DNA of 64,000 nucleotides from Phoronis australis (taxonomy: Eukaryota > Animalia > Phoronida). Location: positions 529,600 to 593,599 of the forward strand of contig NMRA01000255.1 of assembly GCA_002633005.1 (NCBI GenBank). Direction: 5' to 3'. Position numbers and translations under genes: made by a program. Every line of letters begins with the position of its first letter. Positions within the stretch are counted from its first letter, which is position 1. The notes beneath the pieces are model-generated. The model had not been told where the DNA came from, made no database searches, and saw nothing but the letters and a program-made list of their open reading frames with translations. Positions 50,680 to 64,000 of this stretch are shown piece after piece.

Positions 50680-53600
50680 TGCTGGAGGAGCGTAGGGAAG
50701 TGAATGGGGTGTCTTAATCTTGTCAGTATATTTAATTTAAAGGTACATATACCTCTTTATTCTGGTAGCCCATCAACCATATTTCGGAGAGGCTTTCTCC
50801 CTTATTAGAAAATCTGATGTTTCTTTTGTCATTCCCGTTCATTTATATAAAACACGTGTTATAATGTGTTTGACTTTTTTGCCAAAAGCTATTTGGAGCT
50901 GTCAAAACTTGGCACATTCTTTGTGCTGTATGAGATTTAATTTTATTTAATGTTGCTGGCTGCTGGCATCTACCATGGATAGATCACTCGATGGTATTCG
51001 ATCACAAGAAGTCTTGCTTGCTCAATTAATGGAGTTGTCACGTTTTTGGTAATGCCAGAAACATTACGTAATAGCGATTGAATTTGATGATGTGGTTTAG
51101 TTGTATCCTTGTTGAATGATTTATGTTCGTAACTTGTTTGATAGAATCATGGATTTATATGCATAGTAAAGTCATGCAAGTTCCTCTATTTCTGATTTTG
51201 AACATTAAAGCTGCATTTCGCCCTGTTTAGCTGACTAAAATCAAAAATCAAATGGGTTTTTTACTCTCATAAAAACAGTTTTGTACTATTCCTTTCATTT
51301 AAGGATTCTATGTTTCCGACCAAAAAGAAAACCTAAACCATCAGCGACTCGAGAAAACGCTTCAGAGTTCACTTGGGTTGGCCAACCCTTAAACTGTGGA
51401 TACGAAAATGGAGTATGTACATGTATGCATTGCTTGTGACTTGAGTTCCCTGCAATAATGCTGGTAAGATTGGGTAAGCGTGGTAATGTTTTTAAGTCTT
51501 GAAACGCTTTTTAAGAATTCAACATTGAAAGCTAAACTGATGAAATGCAACTTTAATATGAAATATTTATAGGATCTTGGGGAAGACATCTTTCATTTTC
51601 GTGTTCTTGTTTAGTGTATACATTGCCTGTGCTTTGAGCTGCTACCGTATTGGACTGCAATATAAGTTGGGATGAGCGTGGTAATGTTTTAAAAAACAAA
51701 GCAGGTTGGTTAAGAATTCAACATTGATAGCTAAGCAGCCTGGAAGTGCCCAATGCACTCGTTTTCAGCAATTTTCGACCTCATAAACATTGTTGAATTA
51801 GACTGCTTCAGGATGTTCCATGGGTTTTGTACCTCATTAAGTTAAAAGATCATTTCTGAGTTTGGGGAGATCTCAAAATCCTTGTTTTGGTGAGCGGGTT
51901 GCCAGCCTCTGTCATTTTTATGTCACATGACCGGTCCCATGATCACATGCAAAATGGAAGTATGATTTGATAGGTTGGAAGTGTGTATAGATGGACATAG
52001 TGTACAAGTACAATGTATAGTATTGGGTAGAATCGTGTTAATACTGTGAGCATAATTAATGTCAATGTTAATAAAAATGAGAATCATGTCCCTATTACTC
52101 AGGTCAATAACTGTATTCTGATTATTTTGTATTTAACGGATTCGAGCAAGATGAGTTCTGTAACTTCTAATCAAAAACAGTTGGCATATCCACTGCCGTG
52201 GAGGAGAGTTGTTTGCTGTGTGCTTGTTGAGTTCATTAAAAGTAAAGTTAGACCGTGAATAATTTGGGACTCAAGTCAGTAGCTCACCAATAAAACTGTC
52301 AGATGTATAACATTGGTTTTATTTGGCGAATCAGATAGTTAAGCTGCCTTCATTCGAAAGTTTTAACTTAAGTTTACTTCTGATTATAAAAAGTGTTCTC
52401 AAGTTGTTGCCCATTCATGTTAGAACTGATTTGGAACTTGGCAAAATTTGGTGGTTTGGTATTACTTGAGGCTCGTTTAAGGTCAACTGTTTAAGATTAT
52501 CTCCAACCTTATTTAGTAGCCTCCATTTTAACTCGTATATCAAAAATACTAAGCTTTGTCAACTAGCAAATGTATATATTTTCTGAAAGAACAAAGACCA
52601 GGAAATATAAATATACTTTTTGTATTTATGTTCCATTATTATTTTTACGTAAAAAGTCAAAATTTCATTTTTAAGAAAGGTACATTCATAGCAAAAATAC
52701 CCCCTCGGTCGATTTTTAAATGAAAACTTCACCAGTTACCTCAAAAACGTGTTAGGAATTTTCGATTACTCTGTTCTTTTAGTTTCTATGACAAATCAAC
52801 TCGCAAAACGTAATTTTTTTTTGTAAAAAATTAAAGTCGTATTCGTCTTTGTCATCTTACGCAAAAACTAGGCCTTTATGCCGAAAATCCTTGCAGCATT
52901 TTTGAGATTGATGACCAAATATTAAATTTGGAAAGTTTTAGGGAAACCCATCTAGCCGTTTCCGAGAACTAGTGTTTCTCTAAGTTCAAATAAAGTCGAT
53001 GTGCCGAAGCCGAGAAAAAGCCGATTAAACTGGGGCAAGTGAAAATCTCAAAGTCTTCGGTTAATCATTCGGTGAAAACTGTTTTCGGTACATATAACAT
53101 ATACAATCCTTAACTATGTTAGCTATTTCAACGTTCACTCGCAATGTCAACTGATTTTGCATTTAGTAACTAACTTAATTATCATTAAAACCTCAAATAG
53201 ACGTATTGTTCCCAGCCAACTTTTACTGTTGTTTATGTCCTACTGTCCAAGTAGGTCACAGTTCATAGCACGTCATGTGCTGGGTGACTGATAAGAAAAC
53301 AAGTAAGAAATGGGTAACAATCGAATCGGTGGTTCAAGTATGCCGTTAGCATGAGATCGAAATGTCAACTTATTAATTGAATTAAGGAATTAGGGTGAGG
53401 ATTTATCTCTTTTCATAACTTTCTGTTTTCATTGATGACCACAGAGGCCTGAGGCAACTCGTAGCATCCGTTTTCGACGCCAACGGTCGTATGCATGTAG
53501 ACGCACAACTCCCTTAGGATCAAAACTACGTTTTGTCTTTGTTTTCCCCGGCGCCATTCAATCATGAGTACACTTCGTTGGCTCAATTTTATGGCCACTT

Positions 53601-54291
53601 TGTGAAGGAAAGGACTAAGGATATACGAAGCTATTCTGTACCTGGCGGGAGATTCGATTTAACTGAAAGCCCTATGACCTTGGATAAGTAGTAAACAAAT
53701 ATCCGCGCGGTTGTGCGGTTCCAAGATGGTTCTGCTAAATCTTTTTTCTCTCTACGCGGTATATATTTTGTATTAGAAGTTCACCGAGAATGAAGATGAG
53801 GTATTTTGCTAGACACAAGTGAAATATTGTAAAAAATGGCCAATTTTTGTGAATAGGTTGGAGATATCCTTAAGCCTTTGTAGTTCCGTGGAGCAATTTT
53901 CTCACGAGAACAGCAAGACTTCGCGTCGAAGGGCCAGGCAGTGTTTCGCGAGTATGCTCGAGTCACAGCCCTGGTTTTCGGCAGTCTCGAGATGTCTATA
54001 ACATGTTAAGTTCACAAATGATTTCAGACCTGGGTAAGAAACAATTTCAGAAGTACTGCGTAATGCAAGACGTTATCAGGATCCTGGTAATGTCTTCCTG
54101 GTTTATTGGATAACGTAAGAATGAACTCGTTTTTTGAAATTGCACGGTTAATGCTGGGCTTAAGAGATGTCTTATTACCCTTCACAATTCTTAAAACGGC
54201 TTGAGTACATGGGAGTCACTTGTTAGTCCCATTAACCTTCGTAACTCTTATGCCTGTGCAGAAGGAGACTTATGCCCGTGGGGCTCGCTGT

Positions 54292-54829
54292 TATGAAGCA
54301 CCTAAGGGATCTTAAACAAATACCTTCCTGCGCGTTGAAATGTGCTTATGTCAACGCGCACAATTCCATAATCAACGCGCACAATTCCATAATCAACGCG
54401 CACAATTCCTTAATCAACGCGCACAGTTGCTTGGCGCGTTGTATTCGTCATTCTATGTGCAGAATCGGTTATTCATTGCTCACACCTACTTTTTAAAGTG
54501 TATTATTAATACTTAAGGCCATGTATCGTCTGTGCTGCCTCTTCTCGGTGTTACGTACTGGTACTGTACATAAACTTGTCGTCGATAGGAAATAATTCAG
54601 TGCACGTTGAATAACCAATTCTTCGCGTCCAATGACTAATTCTGCTCGTTGATTAAGCAATTCTTCGCATTCGGAATAAGCAGTTACGCGCGTTGAATAA
54701 TCAATTCTGTGCGTTGAATAAACACAGAACGATAGTCGTTTAAGAACCTATGCTGCGCGTTGAATAAGCACATTTGAACGCGGTACTCGTGTGAGAAACC
54801 TCTGTCGCTTCACACTTTGGCGTTTCATG
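54292..54829. mobile_element. Foldback MITE with 21-bp subterminal tandem repeats
   Basis: tcaacgcgcacaattccataa x3-4 (54351-54425) mirrored by degenerate gcgcgttgaataa.caatt units (54600-54780); termini atgaagcacc / ggcgtttcat. Confidence 0.65.
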
Positions 54830-54862
54830 CTTTGAACTAGTGGCATGCTAGCACAGGGTAGA

Positions 54863-54978
54863 GTTCAGTAACGCTAGGACCTCGCCAAATAGCAAGACTT
54901 CGCGAGATTACGTGAGATATCGCCGTGTATTTTGAATGAGAACGTGATTTTGGCTAGATTTTAGCGAGGTCTTAGCGT
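54863..54978 (+). mobile_element. Short hairpin MITE family H
   Basis: acgctaggacctcgc ... gcgaggtcttagcgt. Confidence 0.75.
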
Positions 54979-54994
54979 AGATCTTATTGTTACC

Positions 54995-55160
54995 CATGCG
55001 CGCACCCAGCCTTTAATATGGGGGGCTCGAATTTCTGATGATCTGAACCTTTTGCTGACAAAAAAGCGGTAGGACTGAAAAAACGGGGTACCACCTTCAG
55101 AACTGTGAACTGTGAGTCTGCGCCTTTTGAGTGGACTTTTGTCTCCCCGGTGCGCGCATG
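54995..55160. mobile_element. MITE with CATGCGCGCAC termini, 5-bp TSD TTACC
   Basis: ttacc|catgcgcgcaccc ... ggtgcgcgcatg|ttacc. Confidence 0.8.
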
Positions 55161-55167
55161 TTACCAG

Positions 55168-55568
55168 GGCCCGGTCTCTAATCTCTGTACTCGAAACGAA
55201 CTCGAAACTATTTTTGGCAATTTCTCTGCTCCTTTTGTGCGAACTTAAGATAATTGGTTATCAGCCTGTGCTCGAATACATTATAGTTTATGCATAGGAG
55301 TTTCTAGTTCAAGTTTGCCCTTGAAGACCCTTATATTCATGATACAAACTTGAGTAAAAACTCGAACTTTCGAGTTCAAACTCGAACTTATTGCTCTAAT
55401 ATTGGGTTTACAAACTGTGAACTAAGGGCAATAAATTATTTACGTAAGTTATTGTGTAGTCGAGCATAGAATAATAGACTCTTATCTTGAGTTCGCCAAA
55501 AAGTAGCGTAGAAAATGCCAAACCTAATTTCGAGTTCCATTTCGAGTAAAAAGATTGGAGACCGGGCC
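55168..55568 (+). mobile_element. 401-bp MITE, PIF/Harbinger-like (3-bp TSD CAG), copy 2
   Basis: cag|ggcccggtctctaatc ... gattggagaccgggcc|cag. Confidence 0.88.
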
Positions 55569-56482
55569 CAGGTGTGCGTTATGCAATAATGAACGAATGC
55601 GCATGTCCCAGTCAATTAATTATACAATTACATAGAGTTCGTTTTGCCTCCTTATGTTTGCAATTCCCGCGTGTAGTAGGAAATGTGGGCTCAAGCTGTC
55701 GAACAGGTCGTTCTTTGTTGTTCGCTCTCCATGTATCGTGACCGGAGAGTACTTGAAAGAGCACAATAATGGTTGCATCCGTTCGGTATCGGCCTGTTTC
55801 TCAACTCAGTGTGGTGGACGTCAGTGTGTTCATACAGGATTGTTGTGGGGATTATACAGCATGGTTAATATGCAGCGAAGAAAGTGAAGAGATACTTTGT
55901 ATTTTATTTCGTTACAGGACCCTTTCCTTGCTCAAATTGAACTATTTATTCCCTTGTGGGGGGGCTCTCTTAGTAGGTTTGGCACGTAAGAACGTGCAGC
56001 AGACTGTAGTGTACCCTCTCAGGCATAGGCGTAGGAAGCGAGGTTAGCGGGCACAGACTGCCCCACACACATGAAGTTGGGGGCAGCGCTACCCACTAAA
56101 CGGGCGTATGAAGCGGCCCGGGGAGTAGGGCGTCCCCGATAATTTGGGTGAGTGAGGGTGGAGCCTTTGTGGCCCGGAACAGGGGTAGGGTAGGGAACAG
56201 GGCTGTTGAGAAAGATAAAAATGTGCGTAACATGTACAAGAGAAAAAATAGACGACGTCTGGCAAGTACCAGCGCTGGATATACCCTTTGGGTGTCCTGT
56301 CCAAGACATTCATTAGAGGGGCCGTAATTTTTTTTTAAAAATATGCTTGGCCGGTCGTCTACGCTCACTCAGTGAAAACGTGCTCTTGTTCATGCAAAGT
56401 TTGAAGAAGAGAGAAAACTTGTTATGCATAAATTTTTCTGAGCAAATTGATTAAGATTTTTAAATTCCAAAAAATAAATTTG

Positions 56483-56608
56483 AAGAGTGCAAAGGTTTAT
56501 TTCTTGAGGGACTCTTCTGGCTAACGGATTGATCCGATATCGTGCAAGAGTGCAAAGGTTTATTTCTTGAAGGTCTCTTCTGGCTAACGGATTGATCCGA
56601 TATCGTGC
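56483..56608. repeat. 63-bp tandem duplication
   Basis: aagagtgcaaaggtttatttcttga.gg.ctcttctggctaacggattgatccgatatcgtgc x2. Confidence 0.9.
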
Positions 56609-58835
56609 TACTATATTAAAGAGGCAAACGACTTTTTTGATGATATAATTAACATTTTGGATCCCTGGTTATCTTGAGATATTTTATCGCATTTACTATG
56701 TTCCCCTAGCGTGTATGTATTATTCACGCAAAAATAGAGCCCGATCGACGTATGCGGCCCAAGATCGAGCCGCCATCTTAGTATTAGCACTCACTTCTAT
56801 TGAGCAAACACGAGTGTCCGAGCCAGACTGAGTGGGACTTGCGAAGTGAATTCGGAACCAAGATTGGGACCGTGTTACTGGCCGCGTTGTGTCACTCTAT
56901 CAGGGTAACACCAATGGCCTGGCAATAGGAGGTGCCGGATATACACAGCGACTCATAGATCTCGTGGTAGCCACGATGCTGCATCGTGCGCAAGCGATTG
57001 TCTAGCCTTGTTACTGCGTCATTAGAGTTTCTCATGTAATATGTCATTGCCTTCCCTTGTTGGCTGGCACAGGAAGTAGAATTTCAACTCATATTGGTCA
57101 CGTAAAGCACAAAGTATATTCCTGCAAACCACAGCAGCATCAAGGTATGTGGCCCAAACAACCAAAACAAGTGAGACTTTATTAAAAAGGAAAAAAGAAA
57201 CAATACCATGAAGATGACTGAATTACGCAAAGGCAGTTTTCTCGGTAGATAAAAATGTCAATACCTTTTCACAAAGTCGAAACAATCGGAGATCGTTATT
57301 AGGAAAACATCATTGATCAAGAGGGAGTTGTTGGTACGAAACTCGCTTTGTCGATCGTATTGGAAGGGGTATGCTTTTTTAATGCCGTGTGCTTGTCCAA
57401 CGGATTAAATGTACTGGCAATCGTAAAGTAGCGAAGTTTAACTCTTAAACCGTGACATCGGGCTGTCACGGATTAATTCAACGCAAATTAGTTCTGAAAG
57501 TTACCCAGGGAGGTGTCCAAACCCCCTTGAGATGCCCCCGTCTTCCGGTCCCCTGTTAAGTGTGTGTATCTGCGCGCATGCCTTCGGGAATTGCTTGAAA
57601 TTCCGTACTGTGAATGTCACAGATTTGAAAAGGTCTTCAGGGAAATTTGAGCGACAGTTAACTCGTGTCGCCAAGTGCGCGCTGTGTGTTTCCATGAGGT
57701 GGCCCAACATATCAAGATTATTTTCATCTGGTACCTGTGTGTGTACATGTATATCTACGGAAATCGACTTTTACACTCAGTGTATTCGTGGACGATTTTT
57801 ATCTGTTATGGGGTAATCTGACTTGTAAGAAATTGATGAGGCTTCAGTGAACTTTGTTCCTGGCTGAAAATTGGGAAATTCTTCACCACGCTACCCCAAA
57901 GAGCAAAGTGCAGTCTACATGTACTTGATTTTGACAATCGAAACCTTCTAAGAAAGTGGTGTTTCTGTTGTACATATTCTTGGACCCCTATAAGTGAGAT
58001 TCATAACAGATATCCTGAGAAGGTCAAAGTCGCACCCCGGCCTGAAAACCGCTCAACGACCTCAAGCCGGTAAAAAACAGTCTCGCAAAATGTTGAAGAA
58101 TGTGCATCTAAAGTTCTGGTAGTTGCCCCCCCTAACCCCCCAAAAACGGCAAAGCCTGCTCGCCTATACAGCGAGGGGAGCGGGTAAGATTTTGTGCCCC
58201 TCGTCTCCGATGAAGTTAACCTTCTTACGCCGGAGCCTGTTAAAGCGACCAAAAGAGTGGGAGGTATACAGTGCATGGGGAGGTCACGGTAAAACTGTTA
58301 TCGACAGAAGTTTGCAGGTGGCGGTAAAACGATGGTCTTGGGACTTAACTGAAAAATTCGAGTCTACCCAGGTGTGAGGTCAGGCTCACCATTGGTTCTG
58401 CATCCCCACTGAAGGTTCCTTTGTCTATGATCTGTGGTATCATCCCGGTGGGTATTGAGGCCCATTTTAATTGGTATCCTTGACTTTGTCCAATGCGGGG
58501 AAACGAAATAGTCGCGACGGGAAACTTGTGTCTGTTAAAATGGTATACTTAGGGTCAGTTTTTATCAGTTGTGTACTCTTTTTGTGCACGCGTAATTTTA
58601 TTGTGCTATGATGTTCTAGGGTTACGTTCCGTGATGCTAACCCCTTGCTAGGCACTTTTGCAACGGAAATGGCCACATTACAATTTCTAATTTCACCCAC
58701 GTACAATCGAAAGTTTTGCCGACCAATCACGGTCCGTAGGTTATTATTTCATTCCAGGTCCCAGTGGTTTAAACGCCCTAGACCATGTTTTTGGTGTAAT
58801 GTCCGGTTTCATTTTCCCCCTCCAACATCCAGCCT

Positions 58836-58967
58836 AACGCTAGGACCTCGCTAAAAAGCAAGACTTCGTGAGATTACGTGAGATATTGCCGTGTATTTTA
58901 CATGAGAGGACGTGACCTTGACTAGACTTTAGCTAGGTCCTAGCGTAGGTCCTAGCGTCTACTGAAC
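58836..58967 (+). mobile_element. Short hairpin MITE family H
   Basis: aacgctaggacctcgctaaaa...gagattacgtgagatattgccgtgtatttt...aggtcctagcgt. Confidence 0.75.
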
Positions 58968-59085
58968 GCACGCCAGGTTACAACTTCCAGTTCATTCGAC
59001 TATTAATCTCAGTGCGACATTGCAACAAGAAACCTGCTACCCTCCGTGCATATTCAGGTCACGTTGGCGATGGAACCTGGCTCCC

Positions 59086-59204
59086 GTTCAGTAACGCTAG
59101 AACCTCGCTAAAAACCAAGGCTTCACGAGATTACGTGAGATATTGCCGTGTATTTTAAATAAGAACACGTGACTTTGGCAAGATTTTAGTTAGGTCCTAG
59201 CGTT
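59086..59204 (+). mobile_element. Short hairpin MITE family H
   Basis: gttcagtaacgctagaacctcgctaaaa...aggtcctagcgtt. Confidence 0.75.
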
Positions 59205-62200
59205 GCACGCCTAGAACCACTTGCACCGATTTCCATTTCAATTGGCAAATTCTAGTACAGCTCACCAGGTGGCGAGACCGCCCGCCCTCGACAAAGCCGA
59301 GTCGGCTCACCTTGAACTGCTAGATAACTTACGGAAATCGACGGAATTTTCGTAAGTCCGCTCAAAATTGTTTCGGCGAAGAGTCAAAAACGAGAAAGTT
59401 AAGCAGGTGAAGTTATCAAAAGCAGATATAGTCGCTTTTTATTGCTTTTTATAACCAATTTCAACAAGATAATGTCATGTTTTACGCCAGTGAAAATATC
59501 GCATCTGGTTACATAGGAGATAATTTGACCGGATCAGTTTGACGTCATTAATAATATTTTGCTTGATGGGACGTGATAAACAATCTGGTTCTTCCGAAAT
59601 ATTAGCAATAATGAATGTGGCAGACAGAAATCGTGAAGGGGAGGGGCAAGTGCCACAATACAGCTGTCTAATTTATGGCAAAAACGAAATTAAACCTGGG
59701 ACTACAGCTAGCATCGGACTCAATGTTCGATGAGATGGCTGGAACCTGGAACCATTTTTAAGTTCAAATTTTCGAACAACTAGGTTCTAGGTTTCTACAT
59801 GCTCGGTTTCAAGGGAATGAAACCAATAAAGTAATGTTCAAAAACATAGTTTCAAATTCTAAATCCACCATTACTTGGAATATAATAACAATACATCGAG
59901 CACTCACTTCTTATGCAACAATTTAGTGGTCATTCCCCAGGAAAGTCGCGTGGACTCTGGAAATGCCTTTCTTGGTGCGATTTCTCAGACTCCGATAAAT
60001 TTGGCCTTACGGAACACTCCTCATGCAGTCCTTAATCCCCACCCTTCCTTCCCCGGGCCCGGTGAGGAATAGCCTAAACTCCTTTGCTTCTTGCGTACTA
60101 AACGGAGGTCGGGGATTTGTTCACCAACTGATACCGTAGACCATACGCTTACAAGTCAACCTGAATTTCGACTCTGATAAGGTGGCCTCCCGGTTATCTC
60201 GCAGCTAGATTGTCAGGCAGGTCGTGCAAATATATATCCAGTGTAAAGCGCGTTCTAGATATACGCCGAGCACTAATAATAAGAAGACCAAGAAACAAAC
60301 ATACTTGGTTCCGGTGGGATAAAGCCGTCATTGCAACTGACAGCTACCGACCGGGAAGCACGCATTTTCTTCGCGCCACCCCCCCCCCCCNCCCCCCCTT
60401 GGCTTCCACTAGAGGAAAATTTATGTCTATAATAGTCATCACTAACGTGAAACGATTCTTGAGGCTTTTGAACAATAAAAATGATGAAAGTATCGGACGA
60501 AAATGTTTTATGTTTTTCTTAGTTGTATCTTTCATGCCAACGTCGAAACGGCAATATTTTTGGGGACTGTCGGTCGGTATGAATGTTGGTTAACAGCGCA
60601 AGTTTAAGTAACATTATAGACAAGGGAAACGATTTTGTGAAATCAGCCTCAACGCGGTACCGAATTAGTAACCCCCGGCCTACGCCGGCGATCGTGGAGT
60701 AACGCTCTTATGGCGGAGCTAAATCCCATTTGTTAATGTCAGACTCAATTTAAGCGGACTTCTGGTTGAAAATCGCCGACCATAATTTTCAGCGAATATC
60801 TGGCAGCCAATGTTGAGAATTAAAGTGGCGACTTGGCATTTAATCACAAAAAATACACATTTTGTTGTTTTATAGCTCTTGTCAAACCTAATAGCTTCAA
60901 GACGTCTACCCCACACAACAATAATCCCAAAATGCGTTTTCGGTTCTACAACCACAGTAAACAGGTGAACTTAATGCGAGGCGTCGACGCGCAGATGTCG
61001 CGGTGGTATGAAGGGTGAACTTAAAGGTGTCATCGAAGTTGTCGACAGGTGTCGCTATCAATAACGTACTTGCATGGTATTGTTTCATATTTTTTCAAAA
61101 TTTGATTAATGTTCACCATGCTACACGTACAAGCACTTCGCTTCTCTTCCAACCATGTATAAGATACTTCAAGTTAACAATACGCCTACATTGTAACATT
61201 TTGGATCGCCATCTTGTGATACCGAACAGTGATTCGCACATCAAACTGCGATAAGTTCGGTGTCCTAAGTCGATCTGAGTAACTTCGTAGTTTACATCGA
61301 CGCTCTTCCAGTACCGCAGTTAATATGAAGAGTTCCTTAGTGGTCCTAATTATAATAAGACTGAGTCCACTGCCCCGACACGGTAATATAGTGCATCACT
61401 ACTCGTGCCGTATTCCGTGACTTTTTTCACGAACATTTATTTACCTGTGAAGTTTTAGTATTGAAAATAATTACCCGTAAGTTTTATTGTTGAAATAGAT
61501 AATATAGCTGCGTTATTTTAGAATGGAATTTCGTGAAAACAAAAGAGCAGATTCCGCATCTAGAGCCACGAGTTCCATCGCTTTTTGGAAAGGAAATGAC
61601 TTCCTTTGACTGTCTGATTACTTTAGGTATACATTCTGCATACAGCAGGTTCCGCACGATTAGTCTCGTGGACAGTGTACTTTTCCATTATAACGTGTTT
61701 TTTCTTACGAGCTGCTGTTGTTTTCTTATCAACAAAAAGTCAATTCTCTCGGACTCGTTTATTTTTTATCATAAATATAGTTTTCACGTATGTCGAGCCG
61801 TTGTCAACACGTGCTTGTGTTAAACGTACTCAGGTTATGCACTACACCTGGAAACACATGATGCAGTTTAGTTATGAGAAAAGAAGTTTGTTCGTAATAA
61901 TACGGCATGTGAAAAAGGAAAGTAGATTGTGAGAAAAGAACTGAAGTTCACTCATTTTGGTGGATCTAGGTTGTCGCAAGGGGGTCCCTTCAACAATTTT
62001 GAAGGAAAATGTTCCCCTGAGCCCCTGTGGATACCGTTTTACTGTGAAGGTGTAGAGGGGGGATCACTGCTACTCCTTCGTTGTTTACGTTGTCATTGGA
62101 GAAGCAAATTTTACCACGGACCGTAGAACTCTTTCCACGAAGCAAAACCCTTCTCACTATACGCATCGCGGTTAGCCAGGAATTAGACTTGTTAATTTTA

Positions 62201-64000
62201 CACGTTGTTGCAGTCCCAAGGCCAGAGAGGATCGGTGCATTTCACGTTGCAATGAGTTTGTGCTTCGCCTATCTGGTGCCGTGGTTTGTATCGTGATTCT
62301 CACCTTAATGCAATTGCATTATGCCACCTGTACTCGTAATTTATCAACAAAACTCATATCGTCATTACTTGGTTTCAGTAGAAAATTTGTGTTTCGCCAG
62401 CCATTTCGCCTTGATGTCAAAATCCGCCATATTCCGGCTCATATCAACATGTAGGTCCATTGAAAACAGTACATAGAAACTGTGTCTCGCATTTCCGCCA
62501 TTTGCTCCAAAAACTCTCCATGGTAAGAATGCCTATGTGTGTGGTTGCACGGTTCAGATTCCTCGGTGAAGGTGCGCACTGTTTGTTCTCGCAGATGATT
62601 TTACTTCTGTATAGTTGTAGGAAGCGGGGGGGGGGGTGAGCAAGCGTCTCCCCCAAGTAAAGTGGGGGTGACGGAAACGGTGTTAAAAAGTGTCAATTAA
62701 TTATTCAAAGTTTTGACTCGCCAATTTTGTTTTAAAATAAAATTTAAAAACTGCGTAGCATCGTTTCTTATGGCTGAAAATTACTGACTACAAATTGCCG
62801 CTAGAGAAGCTTGCGACGGAGAGTTCACTAAAATGGGCTCCTTTTTAAAAACCTCGCATCGTGTGGAACACAAACGCAACTCGTTGTTTAAACTGCTGAG
62901 GATCGGATGCTTCTTTTGTGACTCACCTCGTTGATTTCATGGTTTAGCTTAGTTTGGTCACGATGTCTAATAATGAGACGAAGCGGTAAGACCGCGCTTG
63001 TTGTCACAGCGGACTTTCGCGGTTACGATTATGCATGTATTTATTCAATAGACCTGGAATTTCAGTGTCCGGAGTTCGAAAATCATGTTATCGATTGCAT
63101 ATCCGCTATTTTTCAAAATTTGGCATTGGAGAGATATGTGAGAGTGTAAAAAACCTCATTCTCTCTGGCATGACTGTAAATGTCGGAAGACGGTAGTTCC
63201 TTCCGTTTGGCAGATTTGTCGCCCAACGTTTTTCACGAAAATAACCATTCCGATTCTACCTACACTGCTGTTAAGAAAAAAACCTTGGATTATAAATGAA
63301 TCATCCTCTGCCGGTTCTAATATTCACGTGATCTTCAAGCATAGAAAGCTGTCGTTTGATAACGCCATTTAACTAATTCCACAATCCGCTTTCAGTAAAT
63401 GTCATTTATGTGTACCCATTGACCCCACGTATTATGCAAATTAGTTCCATTCAGCCACACAAATCCGACACTCAGCGGGTAGTGTCTGCATGTTGACGTT
63501 ATTTGCAGTGGGTTCATAAATTAAAAATGTGTCACCTGGACAGGAGTGGTTGTCGAAAATACAGAAGTGTCGGTAAATATTGTGAACTGACTACGTGAAT
63601 CGATCCATTTCATGGTGAAAAGCAAATGCATTATCTTTCGCTTCGGTAGACTTGGCAGCTTACCGTAAAGAACGTTTTGTTGTGCAAAGTATATGTCAAA
63701 CTGTGTTCCACGATGTTTCTACTACGTCTGCTATGGTTGCGTATCTAATGTGCGAGATTCCCAAACAAAATTAGCTCGCTTTACGAGCTCGAAAATCAGT
63801 GATAACAAATTTGTGAGACACGCTTCGTGCCATTTTAGTATGTAGGCTTTGCACATGTTTCAACATCTTTCCAAAACGGAATGCTGGCAGAACTGGTTAA
63901 TTTTGAAGTCTTGCGTGTTCGCATTAGTTATCAACTGGACATCGAGCTGTTTCATAAACTAAAACCAATCGTGCGCTAGCATCACAACATTTTACTCACA

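Noticed and set aside
56000-64000. Further gene downstream of ATAD3
   Set aside because: Only short ORFs with no recognisable domains and no phase-consistent exon chain; small or UTR exons of a neighbouring gene cannot be excluded

Overview
Eukaryotic (animal, invertebrate-like; taxon not determinable from sequence alone) genomic window with GT-AG introns and assembly gaps. Three spliced genes were reconstructed by hand. (1) + strand SLC22/organic cation transporter-like MFS gene, 7 coding exons, 10362-23827, with an apparent frameshift in the last exon before TM12. (2) - strand uncharacterised 275-aa leucine-rich-repeat/LRRcap protein ending in a CaaX box (CSIS), 6 coding exons, 33967-27617. 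(3) + strand ATAD3 mitochondrial AAA+ ATPase, 14 exons, 35595-50679, 601 aa, head-to-head with the LRR gene across a compact promoter with ETS/GABP, NRF1-like and E-box motifs. Introns and intergenic DNA contain many non-autonomous DNA transposons with readable TIRs and TSDs of 3, 5, 6 and 9 bp, including an inverted pair of Mutator-like foldback elements in ATAD3 intron 1. I found no transposase, rRNA, intact tRNA or CRISPR array, and no convincingly new multi-gene system. The best leads are the putatively prenylated LRR protein sharing a promoter with ATAD3, the SLC22 frameshift with a possible rescuing splice acceptor, and MITE pairs with overlapping TSDs. Most entries of the supplied ORF track are spurious.
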